From Candidatus Krumholzibacteriia bacterium (GTDB lineage: Bacteria; Krumholzibacteriota; Krumholzibacteriia; JAJRXK01), in NCBI GenBank assembly GCA_041484665.1, contig JBGPIA010000001.1:736001-800000 (forward strand): a DNA stretch of 64,000 nt. Direction: 5' to 3'. The position numbers were made by a program, and so were the translations under genes. The first letter of the stretch is position 1. Each line of letters begins with the position of its first letter. A model generated the notes under the pieces. That model was not told the origin of the DNA and ran no database searches. It worked only from the letters and a program-made list of their open reading frames with translations. Below, in pieces: positions 27,365 through 37,800 of this stretch.

Positions 27365-28645
27365 GTGAACTCCTATCCCGACCATCGCGCCCTGTACCGC
27401 CTGCCGTGGAGCCTGCCCGACAACCCCATCGCCTGGCTCGAGTCGACCTCCTGCTGCAACATGTACTGCGAGGGTTGCTACCGGGCCAACGAGCGGGACA
27501 GCCACAAGTCGCTCGACTCGATCCGCGCCGAGCTGGAGGTCTTCGCGAAGTTCCGCAAGTTCGACGGGGTGTCGATTGCGGGTGGAGATCCCCTCACCCA
27601 CCCCGAGATCGTGGGGATCGTGGAGCTGGCGACCAGGATGGGCTACAAGCCCATCGTCAACACCAACGGCCAGGCCCTCAGCGACGACCTGCTGCGCGAC
27701 CTGCACGCCGCGGGCGCGCGAGGCTTCACTTTCCACATCGACAGCAAGCAGGCGCGGCCCGGCTGGCGCGGCAAGAACGAAGCGGAGCTCAACACCTTGC
27801 GCCAGGACTTCGCCGACCGTCTCGCGGAGTACGGCGACATCTCGTGCGCCTTCAATTCCACCGTCTACGAGGAGACTCTGCCCTACGCCCCCGAAATGAT
27901 CGAGTGGGCGGCGCAAAACATCGACAGGGTCCACGTGATGGTCTTCATCGCCTTCCGGCAGGCTTCGGGCGGCCTGGGGGACCGCGTGGACTTCTACGTG
28001 GGCGATCGCAAGATCCCCATGGAAGCCCTGGTGTACAGCCGTCCGGCGGGAAGCCAGCGCCTCGACATCTCGTCACGGGACGTGGTGGCGGAGATCCGCA
28101 AGCGGTTCCCGGACTTCGCGCCTTGCGCCTACCTCAACGGCAGCGAGAAGGCCGACTCGCTCAAGTGGCTGCTCACGACCCGGATCGGCACGAAGGACCG
28201 CATCCTGGGCCACGCGGGACCGCACTTCATGGAGCTGGCGCAGAACGTCCACCATCTCCGCCATGGACGCTTCCAGGCGTACGCCCCGCCGTCGACGTTG
28301 CGGCGCGGCCGGACGCTGGCTCTGGTGGGCTCGTTGTTCGACCAGGGGATGCGCGGCGTGCTGAGACGCTACCTGCGCGGCGTGCTGGCACGCCCCTGGA
28401 CGGTGGCGAATGGGGTGTACATGCAGTCGGTGATGATCATCCAGCCGATCGATATCCTGGAGAACGGGGCGATGAATATGTGCGACGCCTGCCCGGACAT
28501 CACGGTCCACGGGGACCAGCTGGTGTGGTCGTGCCGCCTGGAGGAGTGCCTCAAGTTCGGAGGCTTCGCCCGGGCGGTGCCGCGGCGTGTGCCCGAGTCT
28601 CGTCCGGAGCGTGAAACGATGAAGTCCGTGGCGCGCGGCCTGTAG
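27365..28645 (+). CDS. Radical SAM protein of unknown function
   Basis: CNMYCEGC (CxxxCxxC), AGGDPL, NTNG; C-terminal MCDACPD..WSC; GTG start chosen at 27365. Confidence 0.85.
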   Translation: MNSYPDHRALYRLPWSLPDNPIAWLESTSCCNMYCEGCYRANERDSHKSLDSIRAELEVFAKFRKFDGVSIAGGDPLTHPEIVGIVELATRMGYKPIVNTNGQALSDDLLRDLHAAGARGFTFHIDSKQARPGWRGKNEAELNTLRQDFADRLAEYGDISCAFNSTVYEETLPYAPEMIEWAAQNIDRVHVMVFIAFRQASGGLGDRVDFYVGDRKIPMEALVYSRPAGSQRLDISSRDVVAEIRKRFPDFAPCAYLNGSEKADSLKWLLTTRIGTKDRILGHAGPHFMELAQNVHHLRHGRFQAYAPPSTLRRGRTLALVGSLFDQGMRGVLRRYLRGVLARPWTVANGVYMQSVMIIQPIDILENGAMNMCDACPDITVHGDQLVWSCRLEECLKFGGFARAVPRRVPESRPERETMKSVARGL

Positions 28646-28655
28646 GGCCGCCCTC

Positions 28656-29582
28656 TCAGACGCGCGCGGCGCGGGAGCGGTCCCGGAACACGCCGGCCAC
28701 CGACAGCAGGATCATGGCGCTGCCCAGTAGCGTCCAGCCTGTGACGCGCTCGCGCAACACCAGCCAGCCCAACAGCACCGCTACCACGGGGTTGACGTAC
28801 GCGTAAGTCATCACCACCTGGGTGGGCAGCATGCGTACCGCGGTCACGAACGAGGTGAACGCCAAGAGCGATCCGAACACGAGTAGGTACGCCCATCCCA
28901 GCCAGGCGGCGGGCGTGGGCGTGGGCCGCGGCTCGCGCAACAGCAACGCCGCGAGCACGAAGCCGATCCCGCCGAACAGGGACTGATACCCGGCGCTGAC
29001 GCGGGGCGCGAGCTCGACGGGGCGGCGGCGCTGCAGGATGGTGCCGCAGCCCCAGGAGAGCCCGCCCAGCAGCAGCGCCAGCGCGGCCAGCGTGTCACCG
29101 CGCTCGCCGCGCCGCAGCACGGGCGCGCTGAGCACGGCGATGCCGAGCAGCCCCAGCAACAGCGAGCCCATCAAGAGCAGCGAAGGCTTGCGCCGGTCCA
29201 GCCGCGACTCGATCAGCGCCACCCACAATGGTGTCGTGCCGATGAGCAGCGCCGCGTAGCCCGATTCCGCGCGCTGCTCGGCCCACATCACCCCACCGTT
29301 GCCGCCCACCCACAAGAGGCAGCCCGCGGCGATCATGAGCGCGGCCTCGCGCCGTGCGATCGCCACGCGGCGCCCCTCGAGCTTGGCCCAGCCCAGAAGC
29401 AGCGCGCCGCCGATCAGCACCCGCATCGCGCCCAGCGTGAACGGCGGGAAGCCCGCTCCCGCCCGCACGGCGACGCGGATCGCCAGGTAGGTGCTCCCCC
29501 AGACCAGATACACGACGCACAGGTGCAGGAGGCCTTTGACCGGGAGCCCGCCGATCCGGCGCCCGGCAAGGGACCCGCTCAA
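28656..29582 (-). CDS. EamA/DMT family transporter
   Basis: VYLVWGSTYLAIR and YAYVNPVVA motifs; about ten TM helices. Confidence 0.92.
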   Translation of the reverse strand: MSGSLAGRRIGGLPVKGLLHLCVVYLVWGSTYLAIRVAVRAGAGFPPFTLGAMRVLIGGALLLGWAKLEGRRVAIARREAALMIAAGCLLWVGGNGGVMWAEQRAESGYAALLIGTTPLWVALIESRLDRRKPSLLLMGSLLLGLLGIAVLSAPVLRRGERGDTLAALALLLGGLSWGCGTILQRRRPVELAPRVSAGYQSLFGGIGFVLAALLLREPRPTPTPAAWLGWAYLLVFGSLLAFTSFVTAVRMLPTQVVMTYAYVNPVVAVLLGWLVLRERVTGWTLLGSAMILLSVAGVFRDRSRAARV

Positions 29583-30865
29583 CGCCTCCCCTCCCGCGCC
29601 GTGCCGCCCGCGCCGGGGGCCTCGCTGCTGCTGGGCTGCGGCGCGCCGGGGGCCGGCACCGGCGCGGCGGCTAGCGCACGCAGGTCGCTCGGCGAGACGC
29701 CCAAGAGCACGAGCAGCACCTGCAGGTTGTTGCGGTGGATGGCACCGTCGGCAACGCGGTGCGCGGCCTCCTTGGCGCGAAACGCCACGCCCAGGCCCGC
29801 CGCCTGGAGCATCGGGATGTCGTTGGCGCCGTCGCCCACGCCGACCACCTGCGAGAGGGGCACACCCTCAGCGCGGGCGATCTCGCGCAGCCGCTCCGCC
29901 TTGCCTTCCGCGTCCAGCAGCGGAGGCAGCAGGCGGCCCGTCAGTGCGCCATGCTGGATCTCCAGTATGTTGCCGAAGGCGTAGTCCAGCCCCAGGCGTT
30001 TGCGCAGCCGCTCGACGAAGAACGTGAAACCCCCGCTGATGACGCCCACCCGCAGCCCCAGCGCCTTGAGCGCGGCGATGGTCTCCTGCGCGCCCGGCGT
30101 CAGGGGCATGGCGGCTGCGGCCTCCTCCAGCTGCTCGACCTTGAGCCCGCGCAGCAACGCGACGCGCTGGGTCAGTGCGGTGGCGAAGTCGAGCTCGCCC
30201 TCCATGGCGCGCCGCGTGATGGCGGCCACCTGCTCGGCGACGCCCGCACGCCGCGCCAGCTCGTCGATCATCTCGCCCGCCACCAGCGTGGAGTCGGCGT
30301 CCATCAGCACGATGCGCTTGCTCTTGCGGTAGGCATTCTCGCGGGCCAGCGCGATGTCGGCGCCGGCCGCTTCCCCCTGGCGCAGCAGCTCGCGACGCAT
30401 CGCCTCCACGTCGGTCACGGCGCGGGCGTCCACGATCAGCTCGGCGGCGCGGATGTCTTCATCGGCCAGGCGGCGCACGCTCACGATGTTCGCCCCGTGG
30501 CGGCCGGTGACGGCCGCCACCGCAGCGACCATGGCCGCCGCGTCGCCCGAGCCCAGCACGGTGAGGGCCCACAGATCATGCTCGTTGAGCGTGAACAGCT
30601 CACCTTGGGAGATGGGCTTGGCCTGCACGCTGAGACCCAGGCGCTGCGCTGCGGGAAAGAACCGCGTCAGCACCGCCTGGGCGCGCTCGGGCTGGCCGCC
30701 CAGGTCCACCAGGAAGGAGAGGGCCAGAAAGCTCTGCAGCGTGGCCTGCTCGATGTCCACCAGCTCGATTCCCTCGGCAGCGAGCACCGCGGCCAGCTCG
30801 GCAAGGATCCCGGGCCGGTCGGGGCCCGTGACGGCAAGGATGACAGGCTCGCGCACCGGTCGCAT
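29579..30865 (-). CDS. serB: Phosphoserine phosphatase with N-terminal ACT domains
   Basis: VTGPDRPGI (ACT); DADST, SGGF and GDGANDIPM HAD motifs. Confidence 0.93.
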   Translation of the reverse strand: MRPVREPVILAVTGPDRPGILAELAAVLAAEGIELVDIEQATLQSFLALSFLVDLGGQPERAQAVLTRFFPAAQRLGLSVQAKPISQGELFTLNEHDLWALTVLGSGDAAAMVAAVAAVTGRHGANIVSVRRLADEDIRAAELIVDARAVTDVEAMRRELLRQGEAAGADIALARENAYRKSKRIVLMDADSTLVAGEMIDELARRAGVAEQVAAITRRAMEGELDFATALTQRVALLRGLKVEQLEEAAAAMPLTPGAQETIAALKALGLRVGVISGGFTFFVERLRKRLGLDYAFGNILEIQHGALTGRLLPPLLDAEGKAERLREIARAEGVPLSQVVGVGDGANDIPMLQAAGLGVAFRAKEAAHRVADGAIHRNNLQVLLVLLGVSPSDLRALAAAPVPAPGAPQPSSSEAPGAGGTAREGRR

Positions 30866-30931
30866 CGCTGGACTCTCCGCGGGGCTGCAAGCGGGGTCGC
30901 TTCGCAGGGGTCGCGCGCCCGCTTCTTTGGC

Positions 30932-30960
30932 TTGAACTCCCGCGCGCGCGCGCCTATCCT
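30932..30960 (+). promoter_or_regulatory. Putative sigma70 promoter of the cytochrome-porin gene
   Basis: TTGAAC-17 nt-TATCCT, about 45 nt upstream of ATG 31005. Confidence 0.5.
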
Positions 30961-31004
30961 TCTCACCTTCCTCCGCCCGCACAGCGCAAGTTCCAGGAGA
31001 AGCG

Positions 31005-32114
31005 ATGAGAAGGACCGCCGTCGCACGGGCGCTCATGATAGTCGCAGCCCTGCTGCTGCTGCTATCGCCGTTTCCGGCTGCCGCGGTGCCGCGCTACTCC
31101 GCGCGCTACCAGCAAGCGTGCCATCTCTGCCACACCAATCCGACCGGCGCCGGACAGCGCACGCTGTATGCGTCGCAGTTCCTCGTGCCCTCCGAGATGG
31201 TCCTGCACAAGCTGGGGTTCGACGATCTGGCGAAGATCAAGCCGCTGATCAACGACGACATCCTCGTCGGCGCCGACCTGCGCACCAATTACATGCTGTC
31301 CAACCACGGGCGGCCCGACGATGGCTTCTTCCAGATGGAGAGCAACCTGACGCTCAACTTCCAGCTCGACGGCCGCTGGTCGGCGTACATGAGCCGCGGT
31401 CAGAGCGGGACCTACGAGGTCTGGGGCAAGGCCCAGGTGCTCCCCGGCAACGGCTACCTCAAGCTGGGCCGCTTCCAGCCCGCGTTCGGATGGCGCTTCT
31501 CGGATCACACGATGTTCGTGCGGCAATACCTGGGCTTCATGCCGCCGACGCACACCGACGTGGGGCTGGAGGCCGGACTCTACCCCCATCACGCAGAGCT
31601 GCACGCGAGCCTGCTCAACGGCGCGCAGGGCAGCACCATGGACGTCGACAACACGCTGGCGGTCGCTGGACGGGCGCAGCAGTGGTGGAAGCTGGGGCCG
31701 ATCGCCGTGGCCACCGGCGGCTCCATCTACTGGAACAACCCATCCAAGGCGCGCGTGACCATGGGTGGGCCGCTGGGCTATCTCGCGTGGGGACGCTTGA
31801 TCTGGGTGGGCGAGGCCGACTGGCGGGCCGTCCGCCAGCCGGGCAGCAGCCGCGTCACGACGTTCGCCACCTCGCACGAGCTCTCCTTCCAGCTCGAGCG
31901 CGGGATCGACCTGCTGGCGACCTACGACTTCTACGACCCCGACATCGACCGCAAGGCGGGGGCGGTGGAGCGGTTTGGGATCGGTTTCGACTCCCTGGTG
32001 TACCGTTTCGTCCAGCTGCTGACCGCCGTGAATGTCTACGATGTCGTGTCGGGCCCGGACTTTCGCGATGAGGATCGCGTCGAGATCGTGGCGCAGATCC
32101 ATCTGCTGTATTGA
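31005..32114 (+). CDS. Outer-membrane beta-barrel with N-terminal monoheme cytochrome c (Cyc2-like architecture)
   Basis: Signal peptide AAA|VPRYSARYQQACHLCH; alternating amphipathic beta strands; C-terminal aromatic residue (AQIHLLY). Confidence 0.75.
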   Translation: MRRTAVARALMIVAALLLLLSPFPAAAVPRYSARYQQACHLCHTNPTGAGQRTLYASQFLVPSEMVLHKLGFDDLAKIKPLINDDILVGADLRTNYMLSNHGRPDDGFFQMESNLTLNFQLDGRWSAYMSRGQSGTYEVWGKAQVLPGNGYLKLGRFQPAFGWRFSDHTMFVRQYLGFMPPTHTDVGLEAGLYPHHAELHASLLNGAQGSTMDVDNTLAVAGRAQQWWKLGPIAVATGGSIYWNNPSKARVTMGGPLGYLAWGRLIWVGEADWRAVRQPGSSRVTTFATSHELSFQLERGIDLLATYDFYDPDIDRKAGAVERFGIGFDSLVYRFVQLLTAVNVYDVVSGPDFRDEDRVEIVAQIHLLY

Positions 32115-32162
32115 TGACCCTCTGATGATCCCCGGTGATCCATCATGCGCGGCCGCAACCCC

Positions 32163-32651
32163 ATGAACGAACGGACGACGAGACGCCGGGCAGCCCCGCG
32201 GCGCGATGCCCTCACGTGGCGCGCAGCAGCGAGCCTGCTGCTGTGCCTGGTAACCTCCGGCTGCACCGACCTCGGTCAGTTCATCGAGGAGACGCCGCCC
32301 ACAGTCTGCGGTGAAGGCGTCACCGGTGCCTCGTTCTGCAGGGACATCCAGCCGATCCTCACGGCCAACTGCGCCAAGTCGGGGTGTCATCTGGGAACGG
32401 CCGCGCTGGGCGCAGCCGACCTGGACCTCGAGGCCGGCCACGCCTACGCAAACATCGTGGGCGTGCGATCGGTCAGCGCTCGACCCATCAAGCGCGTGGT
32501 GCCGGCCTACCCGGATTCGTCACTCTTGTACCTCAAGCTGCTCCCGGGCACGCCGTACATCCCCAGGATGCCGCAGTCACTCCCTCCCCTGCTCCAGGCG
32601 GACATCAATCTGATCCGTCAGTGGATCACCGCGGGCGCGCTGAACAACTGA
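32163..32651 (+). CDS. Lipoprotein cytochrome c with atypical CX4CH motif
   Basis: Lipobox-like TSGC; SFCRDIQPILTANCAKSGCH, SSLLYLKL, RMP and IRQWITAGA resemble planctomycete-type cytochrome c domains. Confidence 0.7.
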   Translation: MNERTTRRRAAPRRDALTWRAAASLLLCLVTSGCTDLGQFIEETPPTVCGEGVTGASFCRDIQPILTANCAKSGCHLGTAALGAADLDLEAGHAYANIVGVRSVSARPIKRVVPAYPDSSLLYLKLLPGTPYIPRMPQSLPPLLQADINLIRQWITAGALNN

Positions 32652-32796
32652 ATCAGTGCGCCAGACCGGCCGCTGGCCGCCGGCTGCAACCCCCTTGACG
32701 GCGGCGGTTGCGCGGGCGGATGCTCGAGCGGTCCACACATCGCCCAGCCAAGCTCTTCACCTCCGGTGCCAACCGGTATTCCCAGGAGGTCACGCC

Positions 32797-35088
32797 ATGA
32801 AGAGCCATGGCGATTCCGCCCAGATACGCCGTCTCACCCCGCCGCGCGCGCCGTTCGCGCGTGTGTTCGCGGCTGCCTGGGCGGCGATCGCGCTCGCGGC
32901 CGGCGCGCTGGCGCCCCACACGGCCCGCGCCATCCAGGTCTACCTGTCCGACGACTCGGGGGTCCCGCGCAACTCGTCGATCTATGCCGCCAACGAGATC
33001 GTCTACGTGAGCGGGGAGTGGGATCAGTTCGACTTCCCGTGTCCGATCGGCAATCTCTACATGGTGCCCAACGACGGCCGGAGCTGGAGCGGGGGGCAGA
33101 TCACCCCCTTCGTCACGGTCAAGCCCATCCAGGGCTGCTATGGCGCCGGATCGTTCCTCGGCGAGATTCTCAAGCTGCCACCGCTGCCGCTGGGAGACTT
33201 CGACATCGTCATGGATGAGGCCCAGGATGGCGTCTACAACTCGGCCGACGACTACGTGCTGGGCGATGGCGGTACCTTTGCGTTCCGTGTGATCGACACG
33301 ACCCTCGACCAGGACGTCAGCGTCGCCGGCATCAAGGCCCAGGCGGCCACGCAGGCGCAGGGCTGGCGCAACTACGCTCTGTACACAAAGGTCTCGTTCG
33401 CTGCCGTTGGGCTGCTGGAGACTGGCCTGGAGGCGACCAACTTCGCGCTGTCCGCGGGCAGCACGGCGGCCGGCTTCGCGTACGCCGCGGTGGGCGTCGG
33501 GACCCAGGTGCTGGGGATCCCCACCTCGTACAACGGAGCGGTGATGCAGATCGGCGAGCAGCTCATCGACCAGGCCTGCAGCAATACGGCGTCGGTCTAC
33601 GAGGCCCTCGCAGCCGATCCAGCAGATCCGAACTACATCCCGCTGGCCGAAGTGGGCGCGATCGCCTACCAGGAAGAGGTCTCCTCCCTGTCAGCCCTCA
33701 ACGCCGGGATGCGGCTGCGCAACAACCTCCTCGAGCAGGCCGCCGTCGGCGCCGCCTTCCGCTCGTCCTACGAGAAGTTCCTCGGCGCCGAGGCCCAGAA
33801 CGACTATCCGAACAGCCTGCGCCAGACGCGCCAGGCGCGGGAGTACTGCAGCCTGCTCATCGATCTGCTCAACACCTCGGTGACCGACGCGCAGGCGCTG
33901 GAGTCGGCGATCGTCGCCGCCGGCTGGGCAGACCATGTCCTGGACGCGACGGCGGCGGCCGCCCTGCGCACCCGCGTGACTACGCTCGGATTCACCGGCG
34001 CCGAGCAGAGCCAGATGCTGGCAGCGGGCATGACGCAGGCGGAGATCGACGACGCGCGCGCGACCATCACCGCGTACGACCTGACGGGGCTGACCAGCAC
34101 CTCCTACCGCTCGCAGCTCGACGGTCTGCAGGCCCAGGCGCAAACCGCGGTCACGCAGCTGCAGTCGGTGGCTGCAAACCTCGACGGCGTGCTGGGCCGG
34201 CTGCAGTACGCCTTCACGCCGGCGCCCGTGGCCGTGATCACGGGCGGCGCGACCGTGGCGGAGGGCGCGACCCTGGCCCTCAGCGGCTCGACCTCGACCA
34301 ACCCGCAAGGCGGCGCCCTGACCATGACCTGGGATCTGAACGCCGACGGCGTCTTCGGCGAGGTCACCGGCGCCAGTGCCGGCTTCTCGCGCGGCTTCGC
34401 CGGAAGTTGCATCGTGGGGCTGAAGGTGCAGAACGCTGGCGGCCAAAACGACGTGGCCTACAAGCGGATCACCGTCACGAACGTCAACAGTATCCCGGCG
34501 TTCACCGCGATCAGCCCGACGGCGCTCTTCCTGAGCCTGCCGCAGGGCGGAAGCGCCCAGGGCTTCTCGGTAACCGTCACCGACCCCGACAGTGATCCGG
34601 TGACGGTGAGCTGGCTGTTGGACGGCGTGCCCGTGGCTCCGGGGACTTCGTACTCGTACACGCCCGCCGTTCTCGGGCTACACCACATCCAGGCGCGTGC
34701 CGGGGACACGAGCTCGCTCAGCCCGGACAACAACCAGACCTGGCGCGTGCTGGTGGCCGCGGGCACCGGGACCCAGCCGCAGATCCCGCCGGCGCGGATC
34801 GAGCTGGCGCAGAACCGCCCCAACCCATTCAACGGAGCGACCACCGTCGCCTTCGCCCTGCCGCAGGCGGCGCGCGTGCGCCTTGTCCTGCACGACGCGG
34901 CTGGCCGCAGGCTGGCGACACTGTTGGACGGCGAGCGCGGACCCGGCCGCCACGAGACCACCTGGAACGGGCGCGCAGCGTCGGGCGGGCTGCTACCTTC
35001 GGGGGTGTACTACTGCCGGCTGGAGGTGACGCCACTCGCGGGCGGCCCCCGCGAGCTGCGGACGGTCAAGATGGTCTACGTCCAGTAA
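32797..35088 (+). CDS. Secreted protein with helical central region, PKD/Ig-like domains and FlgD-Ig CTD
   Basis: ATG after AGGAGG; signal peptide ARA|IQV; WDLNADG (PKD-like); QNRPNPFN..WNGR..SGVY. Confidence 0.8.
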   Translation: MKSHGDSAQIRRLTPPRAPFARVFAAAWAAIALAAGALAPHTARAIQVYLSDDSGVPRNSSIYAANEIVYVSGEWDQFDFPCPIGNLYMVPNDGRSWSGGQITPFVTVKPIQGCYGAGSFLGEILKLPPLPLGDFDIVMDEAQDGVYNSADDYVLGDGGTFAFRVIDTTLDQDVSVAGIKAQAATQAQGWRNYALYTKVSFAAVGLLETGLEATNFALSAGSTAAGFAYAAVGVGTQVLGIPTSYNGAVMQIGEQLIDQACSNTASVYEALAADPADPNYIPLAEVGAIAYQEEVSSLSALNAGMRLRNNLLEQAAVGAAFRSSYEKFLGAEAQNDYPNSLRQTRQAREYCSLLIDLLNTSVTDAQALESAIVAAGWADHVLDATAAAALRTRVTTLGFTGAEQSQMLAAGMTQAEIDDARATITAYDLTGLTSTSYRSQLDGLQAQAQTAVTQLQSVAANLDGVLGRLQYAFTPAPVAVITGGATVAEGATLALSGSTSTNPQGGALTMTWDLNADGVFGEVTGASAGFSRGFAGSCIVGLKVQNAGGQNDVAYKRITVTNVNSIPAFTAISPTALFLSLPQGGSAQGFSVTVTDPDSDPVTVSWLLDGVPVAPGTSYSYTPAVLGLHHIQARAGDTSSLSPDNNQTWRVLVAAGTGTQPQIPPARIELAQNRPNPFNGATTVAFALPQAARVRLVLHDAAGRRLATLLDGERGPGRHETTWNGRAASGGLLPSGVYYCRLEVTPLAGGPRELRTVKMVYVQ

Positions 35089-35221
35089 CGCGCGGGGTGC
35101 CCATCTGGTGAGGCGATGCGGTGTACGGGCCCATGAAGTACTGCGTTCTCCGTGACGCGACGCGCCGCCGTCCACGTCCAGCGAGGCGGCGGGACGCAGC
35201 GCCCACCCGCCGTCCGCGCGG

Positions 35222-35971
35222 CTAGCCCTTGCGCTTGCCCTGCTCGGCGACGGCTCTCTCTGCGCGGGCGATCGCCTCGGGATCGCCCAAGTAGAAGCTG
35301 CGCAGCGGGCGCAGCTCATCGTCGAGCTCGTACACCAGCGGAACCCCCGTGGGAATGTTCAGGCCCACGATCTTCTCGTCGGACACGTTGTCGAGATACT
35401 TCACCAGCGCGCGGAGGCTGTTGCCGTGGGCGGCGATCAGCACGCGCCGGCCGGCCTTCACGTCCGGTGCGATCGCGCTGTGCCAGTAGGGCAGGAATCG
35501 CTCCACCGTATCCTTGAGGCACTCCGTCAACGGCAGCTCGCCGGGCGAGAGGCCCTTGTAGCGCGGATCGCGCCCCGGGTGCCGCGGGTCGTCCGGCGCG
35601 AGCGCCGGCGGCGGGATGGCGTAGCTGCGGCGCCACAGTTGCACCTGCTGCTCGCCGTGGAGGGCGGCCTGCTCGGCCTTGTTGAATCCCTGCAGCGCGC
35701 CGTAGTGGCGCTCGTTGAGTCGCCAGTGGTTGTGGACGGGAATCCACATGAGATCCAGCTCCTCCAGCGCGAGCCACAGCGTCTTGATGGCGCGCTTGAG
35801 CACCGAGGTGTAGGCCACATCGAAGACGTACCCGCCAGCCTTGAGCTGGCGGCCGGCCTCCTGGGCCTCGCCGATCCCCTTCTCGGAGAGGTCCACGTCG
35901 GTCCACCCCGTGAAGCGGTTCTCGCGGTTCCAGACGCTCTCTCCGTGGCGCAGCAGCACGAGCGTTCGCAT
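35222..35971 (-). CDS. gpmA: 2,3-bisphosphoglycerate-dependent phosphoglycerate mutase
   Basis: [29 protein letters not shown] and AHGNSLRAL motifs. Confidence 0.97.
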   Translation of the reverse strand: MRTLVLLRHGESVWNRENRFTGWTDVDLSEKGIGEAQEAGRQLKAGGYVFDVAYTSVLKRAIKTLWLALEELDLMWIPVHNHWRLNERHYGALQGFNKAEQAALHGEQQVQLWRRSYAIPPPALAPDDPRHPGRDPRYKGLSPGELPLTECLKDTVERFLPYWHSAIAPDVKAGRRVLIAAHGNSLRALVKYLDNVSDEKIVGLNIPTGVPLVYELDDELRPLRSFYLGDPEAIARAERAVAEQGKRKG

Positions 35972-36267
35972 CGCAGCAGGACCTCCCCGAAGCAACCAAG
36001 TCCCCCCACGCAGTCGTTGTCCCCGATGAGGCGGGCGCCGCAGCCGGTGCGGTCGCCAGCCTCGGCGCGCCCCGCGGGGGGCGTCCGGCACGTGCTGGGG
36101 ACCATTGTAGGCGCGCGGGCGCCCGCGGGAAACCGCGCGGATCCACGCGCGGATCCGCGCCTTGCCCTGCGGGGCCCCAGATCCTAGGCTAGGCGGTCGC
36201 GAGCGGTCCGTGCCAGTTTGGGCCGCCCGCGCCGCGGACCTTCCCGCACCCACCCCCCGGAGCCGCC

Positions 36268-37800
36268 ATGACCGTCCGCATCACAGGATCAGGCCTCACC
36301 ATCGAAGACGTGGCGGCAGTCGCCCGCGCCGGCGCGCGCGTGGAGCTCGACGCGACCGCCCTGGCCCGTATCGAGCGCTGCCGCGGAATGCTCGAGCGCA
36401 AGATCGCCGCCAACGAGGTCATGTACGGGGTCAACACGGGGATCGGGGAGTTCTCCGAGGTGGCGCTCACCCCGGATCAGGTGCAGCAGTTCCAGCGCTA
36501 CCTGATCTACAACCACTCCGCGGGGATCGGCGAGCCTGCGCCCATCGAGCACGTGCGGGCGGCGATGGTCAGCCGCGTCAATGTCCACGCCAAGGGCCAT
36601 TCCGGGGGCCGGCCGGTCATCACGCAGACGCTGGTCGAGCTGCTCAACAAGGGCGTCACGCCGGTCGTCTGCGAGAAGGGCAGCGTGGGCGCCTGCGGGG
36701 ACCTGGCCCCGATGAGCCAGATCGCCCTGGCCATGATGGGTGAGGGGGAGGCCTTCCACCAGGGGCAACGCCTGCCCGCCCGCGAGGCGTTGGGCCGCGC
36801 CGGCGTCCCGCTGGTGACCCTGCAGGCCCGCGATGGCCTGGCGACGATCAATGGGAGCAATCTCACGGCCGGAATCGGCGCGCTGATCGTCCACGACGTG
36901 GAGGGCTGGATCAAACAGGCCGATATCGCCGCGGCCATGACGCTGGAGGCGCTGCAGGCGAACCTCAAGCCCTACGACGCCCGCCTGCACCGACTGCGCG
37001 GATTCGCCGGCGCTGTGACCTCGGCCGCGAATATCCTCAAGTGCATCGAGGGAAGTGACCTGCTTCGCCCGGGGTTCCTCAAGCAGCGCGTGCAGGACGC
37101 CTACAGCATGCGCTCCACCCCCCAGGTGATCGGCGCGGCGCGCGACCATCTGCGCTGGGCGCGCCAGCAGGTGGAGATCGAGCTCAACGGCGTGGGCGAC
37201 AATCCCATCTTCCTGCCTGACGACGACGAGGTGCTGACCGGCGCCAACTTCCAAGGGACGCCGGTGAGCCTGCCGCTGGACATGGTCGGCGCATCGGTGA
37301 CGATGCTCAGCGTGCTCTCGGAGCGGCGGCTCAACCGGCTGCTCAACCCGGCACTGTCGGTGGGGCTGCCCGCGTTCCTGACCAAGGGCGCCGGCATGTT
37401 CTCGGGACTGATGCTGAGCCAGTACACGGCCGACACGCTCATCGTCGAGCAGCGCATCCTGTCGATGCCCGCCTGCACGCAGTCCATCCCCGCGGCGGCC
37501 GATCAGGAGGACTTCGTGAGCATGGGGATGAACACGGCGCTCAAGACGCGCCAGATCGTGGACAACGCGTACGGCGTGCTGGGCATCGAGCTGATCGCCG
37601 CGGCGCAGGCGCTGGATTTCCGCGAGTTCACGCCCGGCCGCGGCACGCGCGCGGCCCGCACGGCCATCCGCCAGCACGTCGCCCACCTCGAGGAGGACCG
37701 CCCGCTGTTCCCGGACCACAACGCTATGCGCAAGGCGGTGCAGGCCGGCTCGGTGCTGGCCGCCGTCGAGGGTGCGGTTGGCGCCTTGGCGACCTACTGA
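36268..37800 (+). CDS. Aromatic amino acid ammonia-lyase (histidine ammonia-lyase-like) with an Ala-Cys-Gly MIO triad
   Basis: [33 protein letters not shown] and QEDFVSMG motifs. Confidence 0.88.
   Translation: MTVRITGSGLTIEDVAAVARAGARVELDATALARIERCRGMLERKIAANEVMYGVNTGIGEFSEVALTPDQVQQFQRYLIYNHSAGIGEPAPIEHVRAAMVSRVNVHAKGHSGGRPVITQTLVELLNKGVTPVVCEKGSVGACGDLAPMSQIALAMMGEGEAFHQGQRLPAREALGRAGVPLVTLQARDGLATINGSNLTAGIGALIVHDVEGWIKQADIAAAMTLEALQANLKPYDARLHRLRGFAGAVTSAANILKCIEGSDLLRPGFLKQRVQDAYSMRSTPQVIGAARDHLRWARQQVEIELNGVGDNPIFLPDDDEVLTGANFQGTPVSLPLDMVGASVTMLSVLSERRLNRLLNPALSVGLPAFLTKGAGMFSGLMLSQYTADTLIVEQRILSMPACTQSIPAAADQEDFVSMGMNTALKTRQIVDNAYGVLGIELIAAAQALDFREFTPGRGTRAARTAIRQHVAHLEEDRPLFPDHNAMRKAVQAGSVLAAVEGAVGALATY

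Noticed and set aside
31005..32114. Calling the organism an iron oxidiser from the Cyc2-like gene
   Set aside because: Architecture alone is insufficient; similarity to validated Cyc2 could not be measured
32112..32127. Clustered TGA triplets as possible selenocysteine or readthrough joining porin and cytochrome
   Set aside because: Tandem TGATGA is a normal stop after a barrel-type terminal Tyr, and the next gene has its own lipoprotein signal
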